A stretch of DNA of 52,506 nt from a virus (lineage: Duplodnaviria > Caudoviricetes), in the IMG/VR virus record IMGVR_UViG_3300023100_000005, positions 1 to 52,506 of that record; one strand, 5' to 3'. The first letter of the stretch is position 1; each line of letters opens with the position of its first letter. The notes under the pieces were generated by a model. That model was not told where the DNA came from. It worked only from the letters and a program-made list of their open reading frames with translations, and did no database searches. Both the position numbers and the translations under genes were made by a program. Below are positions 18,143 to 28,647 of this stretch, in pieces.

Positions 18143-18589
18143 ATGGCATCAGTAGTAGCAATAAACGCAAAAGGGCGTAAAATGGTTTTTAGCGAACAAA
18201 GTTGGAAACTTTTAAAAGATAAAAACGGTTGGTCATTACTAAATGAACAGCAAACCGAAAACACAATCAAAGCCCAGGCGGTAAAATTGCCTACAGGTGA
18301 AAAGCCTAAAGAGCAAACAGTTTCAAATACTGTTAAGAAAGAAGAAGATGAAAAAGAACCTGAAACTACAGTAAACACATCTACAGTTTCAGAAGAAAAA
18401 CAAAAAGAGTTTTTAGCTGAAATTGACGGTTTAACACGCCGTGCAATGATGGATTTATTGGACAAACACAATGAATCAGCAGTAAACAAAGTTGAGTACC
18501 ATAAAAAAATAGCTAATGATGAATTACGCTTATTACTTGCTACCACTTTGGATTTCAGTACTGAAGCGTTTATTAAATTAAGCGCTTAA
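18143..18589 (+). CDS. hypothetical head-associated protein
   Basis: 148 aa with low-complexity linker, upstream of the scaffold. Confidence 0.6.
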   Translation: MASVVAINAKGRKMVFSEQSWKLLKDKNGWSLLNEQQTENTIKAQAVKLPTGEKPKEQTVSNTVKKEEDEKEPETTVNTSTVSEEKQKEFLAEIDGLTRRAMMDLLDKHNESAVNKVEYHKKIANDELRLLLATTLDFSTEAFIKLSA

Positions 18590-18591
18590 TT

Positions 18592-18789
18592 ATGGTAATT
18601 CAAAACATACATACTAAAGTAAAGTACAATGTCACTCCAGAAGAATGGGCTGGCATGGGTACCAAAAAAACATTCAAAATTATCGAAGAAGATAAGGATG
18701 AACAAATCGTTTCCAACGTTGTGCCGCCAAAGGAAAGGGTTATTAAAAAACCAGCGGATGAAAACAAAACCACAAACGACAAAAAATAA
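18592..18789 (+). CDS. small hypothetical head-associated protein
   Basis: 65 aa; shares EQxVSNxV with the upstream protein. Confidence 0.55.
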   Translation: MVIQNIHTKVKYNVTPEEWAGMGTKKTFKIIEEDKDEQIVSNVVPPKERVIKKPADENKTTNDKK

Positions 18790-19725
18790 ATGAAAGCTGA
18801 AGAGAAAAAAATTATCACTGCGTTTTTAGAGAAAACGTTAAACTACTCTGCTGACAAAGTGGCCCAGGTCTTTGTAAAAAACGGGGATGATGAAGAATTA
18901 GTACCTAATGCACTTGATATCTTATTACCTGATGATGTAGCGCGCATTCAGACCATTAAAGATGCCGGAAAAACCATGTTCGACAATGGTTACAAAAAGG
19001 CTCAAGGAGAAGTCCTATCTAAAATGGAAGCAGATATTAAAGCAAAATTTGGCATTGATTCCGATAAACAAGGCATCGAATTAATCGAAGAAACTATTGC
19101 GGCAAAAATTCCGGCTGCTGGTAAAGGCGCTTTAGATGATGATAAAGTAAAAACTCACAAAGTCTTTTTAGACCGCGAGAAAGAACTTTTGAAACAAATT
19201 AAAGATGCTGAAACAGCAGGTGAAACAAAGCTAAAAGAATTTCAAGATGGCGTTGCCAAGGAAAAAACCTTTTCAGATGTTTCTGCAAAAGCCAACACAG
19301 TACTTGAAGGCCTAAAACCTATCCTGTCAAAAGATCCGGTAAAAGCCGCCAATCAAAAGAAATTACTCATGGATGAATTGGGTGGTTTTTCTTATGAAAA
19401 AAACGGCGATGATATCATTATTTTGAACAAAGAAGGTAAACGCCACGAAGACCAACACGGGAAACCAATCAGTTTTGACACCCTGGTGAAAGAAACTGCT
19501 AACAAGTATTGGGACTTTGAACAAGGAGAAGAACACCAAGGTTCCGGCGCGGATAAAAACGCTCAAAACCAAGGTGCGGCTGGTGCAAAAAACAAATGGA
19601 CTGGAAAACTTCCAACAAACGACGATGAGTACACTGCAATTTTTAACTCAATACCTGAAAACGACCACGAACAGCGTATTGCATTTAATAAGGCGGTAGA
19701 GGCTCGCGACGCAGCAAAAGTTTAA
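18790..19725 (+). CDS. capsid scaffolding protein
   Basis: Charged helical protein with Gly-rich linker and short C-terminal helices, directly before the MCP. Confidence 0.75.
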   Translation: MKAEEKKIITAFLEKTLNYSADKVAQVFVKNGDDEELVPNALDILLPDDVARIQTIKDAGKTMFDNGYKKAQGEVLSKMEADIKAKFGIDSDKQGIELIEETIAAKIPAAGKGALDDDKVKTHKVFLDREKELLKQIKDAETAGETKLKEFQDGVAKEKTFSDVSAKANTVLEGLKPILSKDPVKAANQKKLLMDELGGFSYEKNGDDIIILNKEGKRHEDQHGKPISFDTLVKETANKYWDFEQGEEHQGSGADKNAQNQGAAGAKNKWTGKLPTNDDEYTAIFNSIPENDHEQRIAFNKAVEARDAAKV

Positions 19726-19748
19726 CCAATCTTAAAAAACTAAAAACC

Positions 19749-20795
19749 ATGGCATCAAATCCGGGTAATTTTACCCCAGCTTTACTGCAAAAAACAGTAG
19801 CAAAAATGGATGAATTGTGGGCAGATAACCAAACTGTTAACGATTACGTCCCAGAAGTCGGTGTTCTTACGGCCATCCGTGCAGAACAGACCGCAAAACT
19901 TTCAGTGATTGAAAACCCTGAAAAAGATAAAGTACTAAAAATCATTTGGGCTGCTGATTGCGGTGGCGAAGTAGAGGATTGCACAGACGGCGAAGCTGAT
20001 CAATTTTGTGACTGGACCGGGCCACAAGCCGAGGCACGAAGTAAAGATTACGCGCTTGACGAATGCTCAACAATTCCGTTTACAATAGAGGAATCTGTTT
20101 TCTACACAAGTGAATTAAATCAACAAGAGGTTTTAGCTGTTCAAATGTTGAACGCTATGAAAAAACTTGATGAACACTTGGCTCAAAAAACAGTTGCTAA
20201 ATTAAACTCATTCGCTGGTGTAAACCAATACGAAGGTGGAATTGGCGTTGTTGACGGATCTGTAACTTACATTGCACCTAACTACTGGACTCCGTCTATG
20301 TATGGTTATTTTGCACTTGTAGCTAAGAAAAATAAACTTAATAACCCATTCTTGATCCATGGCACAAACCTGTATCAAACAATGTGGGAAACAGAGTTTT
20401 TAAACCTGAACCAAAACCAAAAAGACCTTAAACCAAAATTAGGCAGTATGCGTACATACTGGGATATTTGGAATATCGACTTGGTAAACGAAGAAATTAA
20501 ACGTTCTTATATGATTGCTAAAGGTGCAGTTGCTTTTGCGAACAAAGCCCGTTACCCAAAAAACAATCCTAAAGAATACCAATTCGGTAAACGTTGGTCA
20601 GTGCAGTCGAAAGCATTGCCAGGTGTTTGGTACGACGTATTCTATAAAGAAAGTTGCGGCGAAGGCGAAAAAGTATTTTACGACTTTAAAATGCGCGCCA
20701 CTTATGGCATCTACTTAAATCCTTTTGGATGTAACGATGATGTAACCGGCGTATTGTTATTTGATTGCGGCACTGGCCCAATTGAATCTAACTAA
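19749..20795 (+). CDS. major capsid protein
   Basis: 348 aa after the scaffold, followed by a strong terminator; HK97-like layout (AMKKLDEHL, YGIY). Confidence 0.8.
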   Translation: MASNPGNFTPALLQKTVAKMDELWADNQTVNDYVPEVGVLTAIRAEQTAKLSVIENPEKDKVLKIIWAADCGGEVEDCTDGEADQFCDWTGPQAEARSKDYALDECSTIPFTIEESVFYTSELNQQEVLAVQMLNAMKKLDEHLAQKTVAKLNSFAGVNQYEGGIGVVDGSVTYIAPNYWTPSMYGYFALVAKKNKLNNPFLIHGTNLYQTMWETEFLNLNQNQKDLKPKLGSMRTYWDIWNIDLVNEEIKRSYMIAKGAVAFANKARYPKNNPKEYQFGKRWSVQSKALPGVWYDVFYKESCGEGEKVFYDFKMRATYGIYLNPFGCNDDVTGVLLFDCGTGPIESN

Positions 20796-20841
20796 ACACG
20801 CTCACCCGAGCAGCGTCATTAATTTGATGTTCGTTTTGTGT

Positions 20842-20874
20842 AAAAAAGCCGGTTAGCAATAGCCGGCTTTTTTT
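20842..20874 (+). terminator. intrinsic (bidirectional) terminator
   Basis: A6-gccggtta-gcaa-tagccggc-T7. Confidence 0.85.
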
Positions 20875-20915
20875 ATTTGAAATAACATAAGTACCATTTA
20901 TTAATATTAACTTAG
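20873..20915 (+). promoter_or_regulatory. putative late promoter with TTATTTGAAATAA palindrome
   Basis: Palindrome 20873-20885, centre 29 nt before TAACTTAG 20908-20915. Confidence 0.55.
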
Positions 20916-20933
20916 CGTACATAAATTTTTATC

Positions 20934-22049
20934 ATGCCTGAATGCCTCGACAATATTATTGGACTATCTGAAACCACTTGTGAATGTAGTGAAGAAGGCC
21001 GTCCGGAAGATTACAACGTTTCAAAATCCGGAATATATTTAGACCGCCTCGACGGTTTTAATTTCAACTTTGCCAGCGGTGCCGACGACTGCCAGAATGG
21101 AGATTTGTGGGCGCGTATGGACCAGGCAGTTGAAGATGCAAAAACAGATTACAGAAATGATTTATTAGGGTGTGTAAGCCGTTTTTACAAACCTAAATTC
21201 AATACTTTTACTGGCCAATTAGGGCAAAGCACATTTAAAGCAAATGTGAATAATTTAAATGCTGATTACGCAGGTATTCGCATTAACCCGGATTATATAA
21301 AAGGCGGTTTTATTGTTGTAAATAAAATCGGGATTATCATTAACCAAAACGCGCCGGTTACTGTTCAAATTTGGAAAGAAGTAAGTGATAGTGCCGATGC
21401 CGAAATGGTATTCGGTAGTACACCAATAAACGCAACGGCTGATCTTGTAACATGGGCGTCTGGTCCAAATGGTACGCCGCTTGTTGAATTACCTATGTGG
21501 GATGAAAGCGGAAATTATGTTCGTTATTACGCTGTAATGCTTTTAAACGGAAATTTTAAACCAAAGAATAATAAAAAAGATTGTGGTTGCGGTGGGCAAA
21601 GTAACGCAAAGCCATATTTAAAATGGCTTGACTTTACAGGTGTTTCCGGTAACGATATTTTAAACCCATCTTCATTTAAAGTAAATTCCGATTCAGTATT
21701 GAATGGCATTACTTTAAAGGTAGAGGTGAAATGTAAAATAAGCGAGATTATTTGCAGTGATCAATATCCTTTGGATTACGAAAATGATGGTAACGCATTA
21801 AACATGGCTTATGCTATTCGTTTTCGTGCCGGTGTACATTTATTCGAATCATTACTTGCAAGTGATAACATCAACCGTTTTACGCTCATGAACCGCGAAG
21901 GCGCTAATGCCAAAATAAAAGAATGGTCCGGCTTTTACCAGCAATACATTGAAGACACATGCAAAAATACAAACCGTTTGTTTGAAAACGATTGTTTAGT
22001 TTGCCGTGACGCACAAAACACAGTACTAAAAAAATCAATAAAGGTTTAA
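20934..22049 (+). CDS. Cys-rich virion structural protein (head-tail connector region)
   Basis: Position after the MCP, 371 aa, about 12 Cys. Confidence 0.55.
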   Translation: MPECLDNIIGLSETTCECSEEGRPEDYNVSKSGIYLDRLDGFNFNFASGADDCQNGDLWARMDQAVEDAKTDYRNDLLGCVSRFYKPKFNTFTGQLGQSTFKANVNNLNADYAGIRINPDYIKGGFIVVNKIGIIINQNAPVTVQIWKEVSDSADAEMVFGSTPINATADLVTWASGPNGTPLVELPMWDESGNYVRYYAVMLLNGNFKPKNNKKDCGCGGQSNAKPYLKWLDFTGVSGNDILNPSSFKVNSDSVLNGITLKVEVKCKISEIICSDQYPLDYENDGNALNMAYAIRFRAGVHLFESLLASDNINRFTLMNREGANAKIKEWSGFYQQYIEDTCKNTNRLFENDCLVCRDAQNTVLKKSIKV

Positions 22050-22657
22050 TGTCAATTGACGAATTTAATAGCGATGTAAACAGGATGCTGGCCGCTGCGC
22101 CCAATGCCATGCAGGTTATTAATGAACAAATGGCCAGAACTGCCATTCCTTTAATTACCAACCGGCTTATTGATGACGGAAAAACAGCCGAGGGTAAAAG
22201 CCTGGGGGAATACAGCGATAAGCCAATGTCGCCTTTATTTTTTATTGGCAAAGGGCTTGGATCCGGTGCTGATAAAAAAGTTACTGATTACGTAAAGAAG
22301 AATAAAGAAATTTCTTACAAAACATTTCGTGAATTAAATGGCCGGCCAACAAAACACGTTACGCTTTCATTCACAGGCGAAACGCTTGGTGATATTGCTA
22401 TTTTAGGTACCGTTCAAAGTGGACTGAAAACAGTTACAACGGTTGGCAGCAATGGCCGGCACCAAAAAGATGTTTACGGTAAAGGCGGTAAAAAAACTGG
22501 CACCATTGATACGCGTGACGTGTTCGAACAATTAAACGAAAAGTATGGCCGCGCATTGGATACAGAATTACTTGAATTATCAAAAGAAGAATCAGCAGAC
22601 CTGCAGGCAATTTATGAAACCGGATTACAAAAATTAATCAACCAATATTTAAAATGA
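22049..22657 (+). CDS. virion morphogenesis/tail completion protein (Mu gpG-like)
   Basis: RLIDDGKTAEGKSLGEYS...VTLSFTGE. Confidence 0.6.
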   Translation: MSIDEFNSDVNRMLAAAPNAMQVINEQMARTAIPLITNRLIDDGKTAEGKSLGEYSDKPMSPLFFIGKGLGSGADKKVTDYVKKNKEISYKTFRELNGRPTKHVTLSFTGETLGDIAILGTVQSGLKTVTTVGSNGRHQKDVYGKGGKKTGTIDTRDVFEQLNEKYGRALDTELLELSKEESADLQAIYETGLQKLINQYLK

Positions 22658-22998
22658 TAAATTATCAATTAGCCTTACTTTTAGGCATTGGGGCATACGT
22701 TTACACTAATTGGTTAACCGAACCAAGAATGGTATTTAATTGGCTTTATATTAAATTATTACGATTAACCGAAGATGATTGTGGTAATGAAAGACCATGG
22801 TATTTATATTCATTATTTATGGTTTTAATTGGTTGCGAAAAATGTGTGGCCGGGCAATGGGCTTTATGGGTATTTTTATTTATTAATTGGCATAACTACA
22901 CACCGTTGTTTATTTTACCACATGCTTTAACGGTGCTATTTACGATATTTGTTGCGGGTGCGACAAAGTTTATAATCAATAAAATCACAAACGAATAA
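22654..22998 (+). CDS. membrane protein with CxxC (DUF1360-like)
   Basis: Several TM segments, LIGCEKCVAGQW. Confidence 0.55.
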   Translation: MINYQLALLLGIGAYVYTNWLTEPRMVFNWLYIKLLRLTEDDCGNERPWYLYSLFMVLIGCEKCVAGQWALWVFLFINWHNYTPLFILPHALTVLFTIFVAGATKFIINKITNE

Positions 22999-23462
22999 TG
23001 GAATTAAAACAATTAGATTTAAAGGAATCTTCTTTCACGGCGAACGGTAAAAAATACCATATCCTAAAAGAAATACCGCTATCCAGATACATTGAGTATC
23101 AAAAAATGGTACCAAAATTAACCTATGGGTTAAGTTTTGCTGAACTGTTTAAAAATTTGAGCAAGGCTTATGAAGCCATGAATAAGAACAGAATGCCTGA
23201 TGCGGCGGTTGTTATTCATAACATGATGAACGGTATTGCCGAAATAGAAAACGAAAACAGGCATGATAGCGCGCTTCAAATTTGTACTTTATTTATTATT
23301 GTTGAAAGTGAAGATTTAGGTAAATACGACAAAGATATTGCCGATGCAAAAATACAGGATTGGGGTTCGGAGGGCTATGGTATTAATGGTTTTTTTCACT
23401 TAGCGCTGGCTACTATCGAAGGCTTCAGGAAAACATTCAGCGAGTATATCCTAAAAGGGTAA
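22998..23462 (+). CDS. tail assembly chaperone (G-like)
   Basis: Upstream of the tape measure gene; slippery T TTT TTT at 23390-23396. Confidence 0.65.
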   Translation: MELKQLDLKESSFTANGKKYHILKEIPLSRYIEYQKMVPKLTYGLSFAELFKNLSKAYEAMNKNRMPDAAVVIHNMMNGIAEIENENRHDSALQICTLFIIVESEDLGKYDKDIADAKIQDWGSEGYGINGFFHLALATIEGFRKTFSEYILKG

Positions 23463-23701
23463 AAAAGCTAAAACCAGGAGAAATACCACCGCCGGTACCT
23501 ATTGAATACACAGCGGATGATATTTTAAAAGTGGGAAAGTACTGGAATGAATTACTGCAGGCAATGACCAGCGATGAAAGTTTAAAAATTAATAAAACAG
23601 AAATTGACGCACTATTAAAAACAAACACTATTGATTTTTACCAGCATTTGAGATACTACACTGCTGAAATTGACAAACGGATTAAAAAAATAAAAAAATA
23701 A
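23396..23701 (+). CDS. -1 frameshift extension of the tail chaperone (GT-like), not in track
   Basis: Open -1 frame SLSAGYY...DKRIKKIKK* ends at TAA 23699-23701, overlapping the TMP ATG. Confidence 0.65.
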   Translation, partial: SLSAGYYRRLQENIQRVYPKRVKKLKPGEIPPPVPIEYTADDILKVGKYWNELLQAMTSDESLKINKTEIDALLKTNTIDFYQHLRYYTAEIDKRIKKIKK

Positions 23702-26700
23702 TGCCTCGTATAGATTTAGAAATATTCCAGGATTTAACTCCGCTCGAAAATGGCCTTGAAAAAACCGTTTCCCAGCTACGTACCGCATCAAAAGAGTTGG
23801 GTAATGATATGGCAACGGCTTTTAAAAAAGCTGATGTACAAGCCAATAAACTGGATGCTGATCTAAAAAAAGAAGTGGCCGATTTAAAAGAAATTGAAAA
23901 GCAACTCAATAAAAATAATAAAGCTGTTGGGCAAAAATCAAAGGATTTAAAATCTGTAAATAAAGAGGTTTCAGTTTTACAAACCGGATTCGCTAAATTA
24001 GGCCCGCTGGTGGCCGCTACTTTCTCAATTGGTGCAATTAGTGCTTTTGTTGGTAAAATAATCTCTGTGAGGTCTGAATTCGAGAAATTTGAGGCTGTTT
24101 TAACCAATAGTTTAGGTAGTAAATCGGTAGCGCAAACCGCGTTAAGACAATTACAACAAATTGCAGCAGAAACACCTTTTAGTGTTGCTGAATTAACCGA
24201 AAGCTATGTAAAATTAGTTAATCAGGGGTTCGAACCAACACGTGAACAGATTATTGCTTTAGGTGACCTTGCGGCATCAACCGGTAAGCAATTTGACCAA
24301 TTGACCGAAGCGATTATTGATGCGCAAACAGGAGAGTTTGAACGTTTAAAAGAATTTGGGATCCGAGCGAGTAAAGAAGGTGCCAATGTTACTTTCACTT
24401 TTAAAGGCGTACAAACACAAACAGAATTCACAAACCAATCTATTCGCGATTATATTCTTTCACTTGGTGAACTTGAGGGCGTTTCTGGTAGTATGGCCGC
24501 TATTAGCAAAACACTTGGTGGTCAAATTTCTAACCTTGGCGACAACTTCGATGCGTTATTTAATAATTTAGGAAGGCTTTCATCAAGCCAAAGCGGCGGC
24601 GTACTTAATTTCATAAACGGAGCGCTTGGGGAATTGAATAAAAGTTTAGATGAAACAAACCAAGTAACAGAAACACTAGGCGATTCATCTGGTAATGTTG
24701 ATGTATTTTCAGCAGCGTTACGGAAATTAAATCTAAATCTTTTATTACCTGGTTTGGGTAGTGGTTTAAGTAGTTTAGATCCAGCAGCATTAAACGAAAG
24801 TTTAATTGAGTTCCAAAGGACATTAAATAATATAACGGCTGATTTAGCTGCAATTTCAAACAAATCAGAATTTGTACCCGTATTGGAAAAACTACAAACA
24901 GAATTAACTTTATTAAATTTTGCTTATGAAAGTGGCGAAATTGATTTGGTGGCATATAATGCACAATTGAAATTATTACAAGCTTCTGTTACAGCGGTAA
25001 CAGAGCAAACGGTACACCTTGCAGATGTTCAAGGTAAGGCATCCAGGGCAAATTATGACGCATTAGTTAAGCGTGTACAAGCCGCTATGGATGAAGAAGA
25101 AAAGGCAAATAAAGCACGATTAAAATTACTTGAAGATTATGCAAAAGCCCAAGAAGATTTAAGAAAACGAGTACAGGCGGCTCAACTTGAAAATTTAACC
25201 GGAGAAGAACGCATTAAACGCGAACTGAAATACGAGGAAGAAGAACTTGATCTTTTAAAGAAACATTTTATTGATGTTGGTAAATTAACCAACTCGAATT
25301 TTAAATTATCTGTTGAGCAGGAAAAACAATTTGGCATTATCAGAAACGAAGCGCGTATAAATGCGCTTGATAGACTTATTGAAATAGAAAAAGAAGCACA
25401 ACAAAAATTAAAAGCCGCCGCGCTTTCAACTGCTAATTCAAACGTTAGTAATTTAGGATTACAGCAAGATATTAATTTAGCATCTGTTGACGCAACAACA
25501 AATCCAGGATTAAGCGAAGAAGAATTTACAAAGCAAAAAGAAATTCGCAAACTTGAAATTAAGCGAAACTACGTTAACCAAACTTTAGAACTTCAACTTA
25601 CTGCCATTGAAGCCGAAAAACAGCTTGACGAAAACGCCAGCGAAGAACAGCAAGAGCGCCTACGTTTAGAAGGGGAAAAATTGCGCATTGAATCGGTAAA
25701 TACACTTAATGGTTTACAGGAGGAAATAGATAATTTTAACAAAACGGCTGAGCCGCTTGATTTTGCCAAAATGCTTGGTGTAAATGATGAACAATTATCT
25801 GCTTTAGAATTAGGCATTGAATCTTTCAAAAACAGCTTAAATGAAATATTTGACGCTTTAGAACAACAAAAAAACAGAGAAATTAAAATAAATGAAGATA
25901 AAATTGACTCTTACGACAAAGAACTAAAAGAATTAGAAGGCCGATTAAAAAAAGAGCAAGGTTTAAACGAAGACGGGTATGCGAATAATTTTGATAAAGT
26001 TCAAAAAGAAATAGCATTAAAAGAATTACAAAAACAGCAAGAAATACAAATAAATAATAAATTATTAGAAGAACGTAAGCGTGCTCAAGAGGCACAATTA
26101 TTAATCGACAGCATTACACAGGCAAGTAATTTAGTCACAGCCGCTTCAAATATTTTCAAAATAGCAACTCAAACACTTGGGCCTTATGGTGTACCATTAG
26201 CCATTGCAGCTGTAGCGTTAATGGCTGGTGCATTTGCGGCCAGTAAAGTGGCACAATTTAATGCAATACAAGATCAAGCGCAACCAGGTTTCGAACAGGG
26301 AGGTTACACTGGTGATAAAGGAACAAAAGAAGTTGCAGGGGTTGTTCACGGTAAAGAATTTGTGCATACGGCTGATGCAACGCGCCAACACCGTGACCTA
26401 TTTGAAAGTATACATTCCGGAAACGAAAATGATTACCGGGCGCAATTGATAAAAGAATTGGCTGGCACTGGTGTGTCGTTAGACCATGGGCTGCCAAACC
26501 GAATTAATTCAGGAAAAAGGACTATAAATCAACAAAAAATTTCAGAGGCTCGAGTTGACAATTCATTAATGGAACAGGAACTAAAAACAATTAACACTAA
26601 ATTTGACAAAGTAATAAGGAATCAATCGGAAAAAACTTACACAGATCACATGGGTAATACAGTTATCCAAAAAGGTAATTCTAAAATCATAATTAAAAAA

Positions 26701-26706
26701 AGGTAG
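23701..26706 (+). CDS. tail tape measure protein
   Basis: 1001 aa helical; tape-measure domain AAETPFSVAELT; C-terminal GFEQGGYTG...AGVVHGKEFV. Confidence 0.92.
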   Translation: MPRIDLEIFQDLTPLENGLEKTVSQLRTASKELGNDMATAFKKADVQANKLDADLKKEVADLKEIEKQLNKNNKAVGQKSKDLKSVNKEVSVLQTGFAKLGPLVAATFSIGAISAFVGKIISVRSEFEKFEAVLTNSLGSKSVAQTALRQLQQIAAETPFSVAELTESYVKLVNQGFEPTREQIIALGDLAASTGKQFDQLTEAIIDAQTGEFERLKEFGIRASKEGANVTFTFKGVQTQTEFTNQSIRDYILSLGELEGVSGSMAAISKTLGGQISNLGDNFDALFNNLGRLSSSQSGGVLNFINGALGELNKSLDETNQVTETLGDSSGNVDVFSAALRKLNLNLLLPGLGSGLSSLDPAALNESLIEFQRTLNNITADLAAISNKSEFVPVLEKLQTELTLLNFAYESGEIDLVAYNAQLKLLQASVTAVTEQTVHLADVQGKASRANYDALVKRVQAAMDEEEKANKARLKLLEDYAKAQEDLRKRVQAAQLENLTGEERIKRELKYEEEELDLLKKHFIDVGKLTNSNFKLSVEQEKQFGIIRNEARINALDRLIEIEKEAQQKLKAAALSTANSNVSNLGLQQDINLASVDATTNPGLSEEEFTKQKEIRKLEIKRNYVNQTLELQLTAIEAEKQLDENASEEQQERLRLEGEKLRIESVNTLNGLQEEIDNFNKTAEPLDFAKMLGVNDEQLSALELGIESFKNSLNEIFDALEQQKNREIKINEDKIDSYDKELKELEGRLKKEQGLNEDGYANNFDKVQKEIALKELQKQQEIQINNKLLEERKRAQEAQLLIDSITQASNLVTAASNIFKIATQTLGPYGVPLAIAAVALMAGAFAASKVAQFNAIQDQAQPGFEQGGYTGDKGTKEVAGVVHGKEFVHTADATRQHRDLFESIHSGNENDYRAQLIKELAGTGVSLDHGLPNRINSGKRTINQQKISEARVDNSLMEQELKTINTKFDKVIRNQSEKTYTDHMGNTVIQKGNSKIIIKKR

Positions 26707-26733
26707 ATATTTGTAAATATTTACGTATATTTG
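26704..26733 (+). promoter_or_regulatory. moron promoter with ATATTT array
   Basis: ATATTT at 26707/26717/26727; TATATTTG 26726-26733. Confidence 0.65.
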
Positions 26734-26743
26734 ATTAAAAAAG

Positions 26744-27097
26744 ATGAAAAATTTAGTTTTAATTTTAGTATTATTTATTTCTTTTTCTTGTAAGAAAAAA
26801 GACGTTAAACCTATTGAAAAACAAATTCCTATTATAGATTACAACTTCAATGCAAGCGAAATTTATGGTGGCGATACACTGATTATAAAACTTAACGGTG
26901 TAAAAACATACAGGCGTTTTAAATGTAAAACAGGCGATATTGTTTCATTTTATTATAGCCCTTATGTTGGTGAAAACGATACGGTTGCCCGTAAAAAATA
27001 CTTAGATGTTGTTATTTCTCGAATAACTACACCGAAAGACATTAGCCTTTTAAAATACAAAGGTTGGTATAAAATTAAAACTGAATTTAAAATATAA
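26744..27097 (+). CDS. lipoprotein moron within the tail operon
   Basis: MKNLVLILVLFISFS-C-KKKD lipobox, own promoter. Confidence 0.7.
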   Translation: MKNLVLILVLFISFSCKKKDVKPIEKQIPIIDYNFNASEIYGGDTLIIKLNGVKTYRRFKCKTGDIVSFYYSPYVGENDTVARKKYLDVVISRITTPKDISLLKYKGWYKIKTEFKI

Positions 27098-27099
27098 TA

Positions 27100-28647
27100 A
27101 TGGGATACCGTTTTAGACATTACATAACTGAAGAAATACCTGGTACGCCTGTAAATACTTACGTTTTTAGGCGAAATGTTTATTCAATAGATAACCGGGA
27201 TTTTATAATAACGGAAACGAAAGTTGAGGATAAATTATATTACCAAAAGGATGTAAGAAATACTATTCGTATTGCAAAAGAAGATTTTAATTATTTTTAT
27301 GGCAGGATAGATGATTGTGTTAAATTCTGGTGCGATACTTATAAAGAATGCGCAACTGGCGAAGTAATAATTTCAAAATCATATTTCACGCTTAACAATG
27401 TAGAGTGGGATTTAGATAGGTGTGTAGCCGACATTTCATTGCAGTATGGTTCTATTTACCCATGCATAGAAGAAAACAGCGATAAAGTTTGGTTATTTGG
27501 GTTAACAACAGCATTCGCTAACGGTACCATAGGCCAATTAACTGATAATACAGCTGGTAGAAGTCTGAAATTTTCGCCAGCCAATACGGAACGTTTTATA
27601 AGCGATGATTTATATGATTTGGTTAGGGGCGTTGCGGTTGGTATCGGTATGGGGTGTGAAGGTTTTGAAAACGGAAGTGCTGCCGGTGTGCGTTATGTTA
27701 TAAGTGATTTTTTCAATTGGGTACTCACGCCTTATTATTTTCTTGGTGTTCAAGAAACAGCATCAATACTCAGCGCACAATTTAGTGGCGATCCCGTCAT
27801 TCAGGCTTTAGTTCCAAAACCAAATTATGTTAACCCAAGCCAAGACCCATACTACATTGCAATATCAACTAAATCAAATGTTTTAAATCCTGGCGCATCA
27901 AATCCACAATTCTATTTTGAAACTACTTTTGAATTTATAGAAAAAATGCTTGCCGATGTATTTAATGTTTATTGGGTAATTGAAAACCAATATTACATGA
28001 GGTTTGAGCATTATAGCTGGTTTGTTAGAAGTGTAGAATATGATTCAACAACACAAACAAATTTTCCTTTCAATAAATACAAACGTAAATTTAATATGAA
28101 TACTGACGAGTTTCCTAAAAAAGAAACTTGGACATTTGAAAACGGTAACCCGCAGGATTTTCTTGGTGTACCAATTATTTACGGACCATGTAGTAATAAT
28201 AAGGAAAAAGATAGAGGTGACAGATTGATTTCAACAAACCCAGCATACTTACAGAATAATACATCTGTAACCACACTCGACGGTGTTGTGCTTTGGGATT
28301 TAGTTTTGGACTATACAATAAATAACCAGTTTAACCCAGTAACTGCTACAGGTGCTTTAAGCGGTAATCCGCAAGCTAATGGAAGGTTATCGATAGCTAA
28401 CTTACATAATGATTTACACAAACATAACAGGCCTTTTACGCAAGGTAATATGAATAATGCGGCAACAACTTTTTTAAGTCCTGTTTATAAAAAGGAACAA
28501 GTTGATGTTATAATTAAAAATTGTTGTGATGATGATCATGATAAAATATTTTCATTAGTAAAAACAGAACTAGGTGACGGTATGGTTATGGAAGCAGAAG
28601 TAAATTACTCTAGAGATACTATAACATTCAAAACAAAACACACATGA
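27100..28647 (+). CDS. tail tip/baseplate protein
   Basis: 515 aa after the TMP, beta-rich, FNVYW...RFEH. Confidence 0.6.
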   Translation: MGYRFRHYITEEIPGTPVNTYVFRRNVYSIDNRDFIITETKVEDKLYYQKDVRNTIRIAKEDFNYFYGRIDDCVKFWCDTYKECATGEVIISKSYFTLNNVEWDLDRCVADISLQYGSIYPCIEENSDKVWLFGLTTAFANGTIGQLTDNTAGRSLKFSPANTERFISDDLYDLVRGVAVGIGMGCEGFENGSAAGVRYVISDFFNWVLTPYYFLGVQETASILSAQFSGDPVIQALVPKPNYVNPSQDPYYIAISTKSNVLNPGASNPQFYFETTFEFIEKMLADVFNVYWVIENQYYMRFEHYSWFVRSVEYDSTTQTNFPFNKYKRKFNMNTDEFPKKETWTFENGNPQDFLGVPIIYGPCSNNKEKDRGDRLISTNPAYLQNNTSVTTLDGVVLWDLVLDYTINNQFNPVTATGALSGNPQANGRLSIANLHNDLHKHNRPFTQGNMNNAATTFLSPVYKKEQVDVIIKNCCDDDHDKIFSLVKTELGDGMVMEAEVNYSRDTITFKTKHT

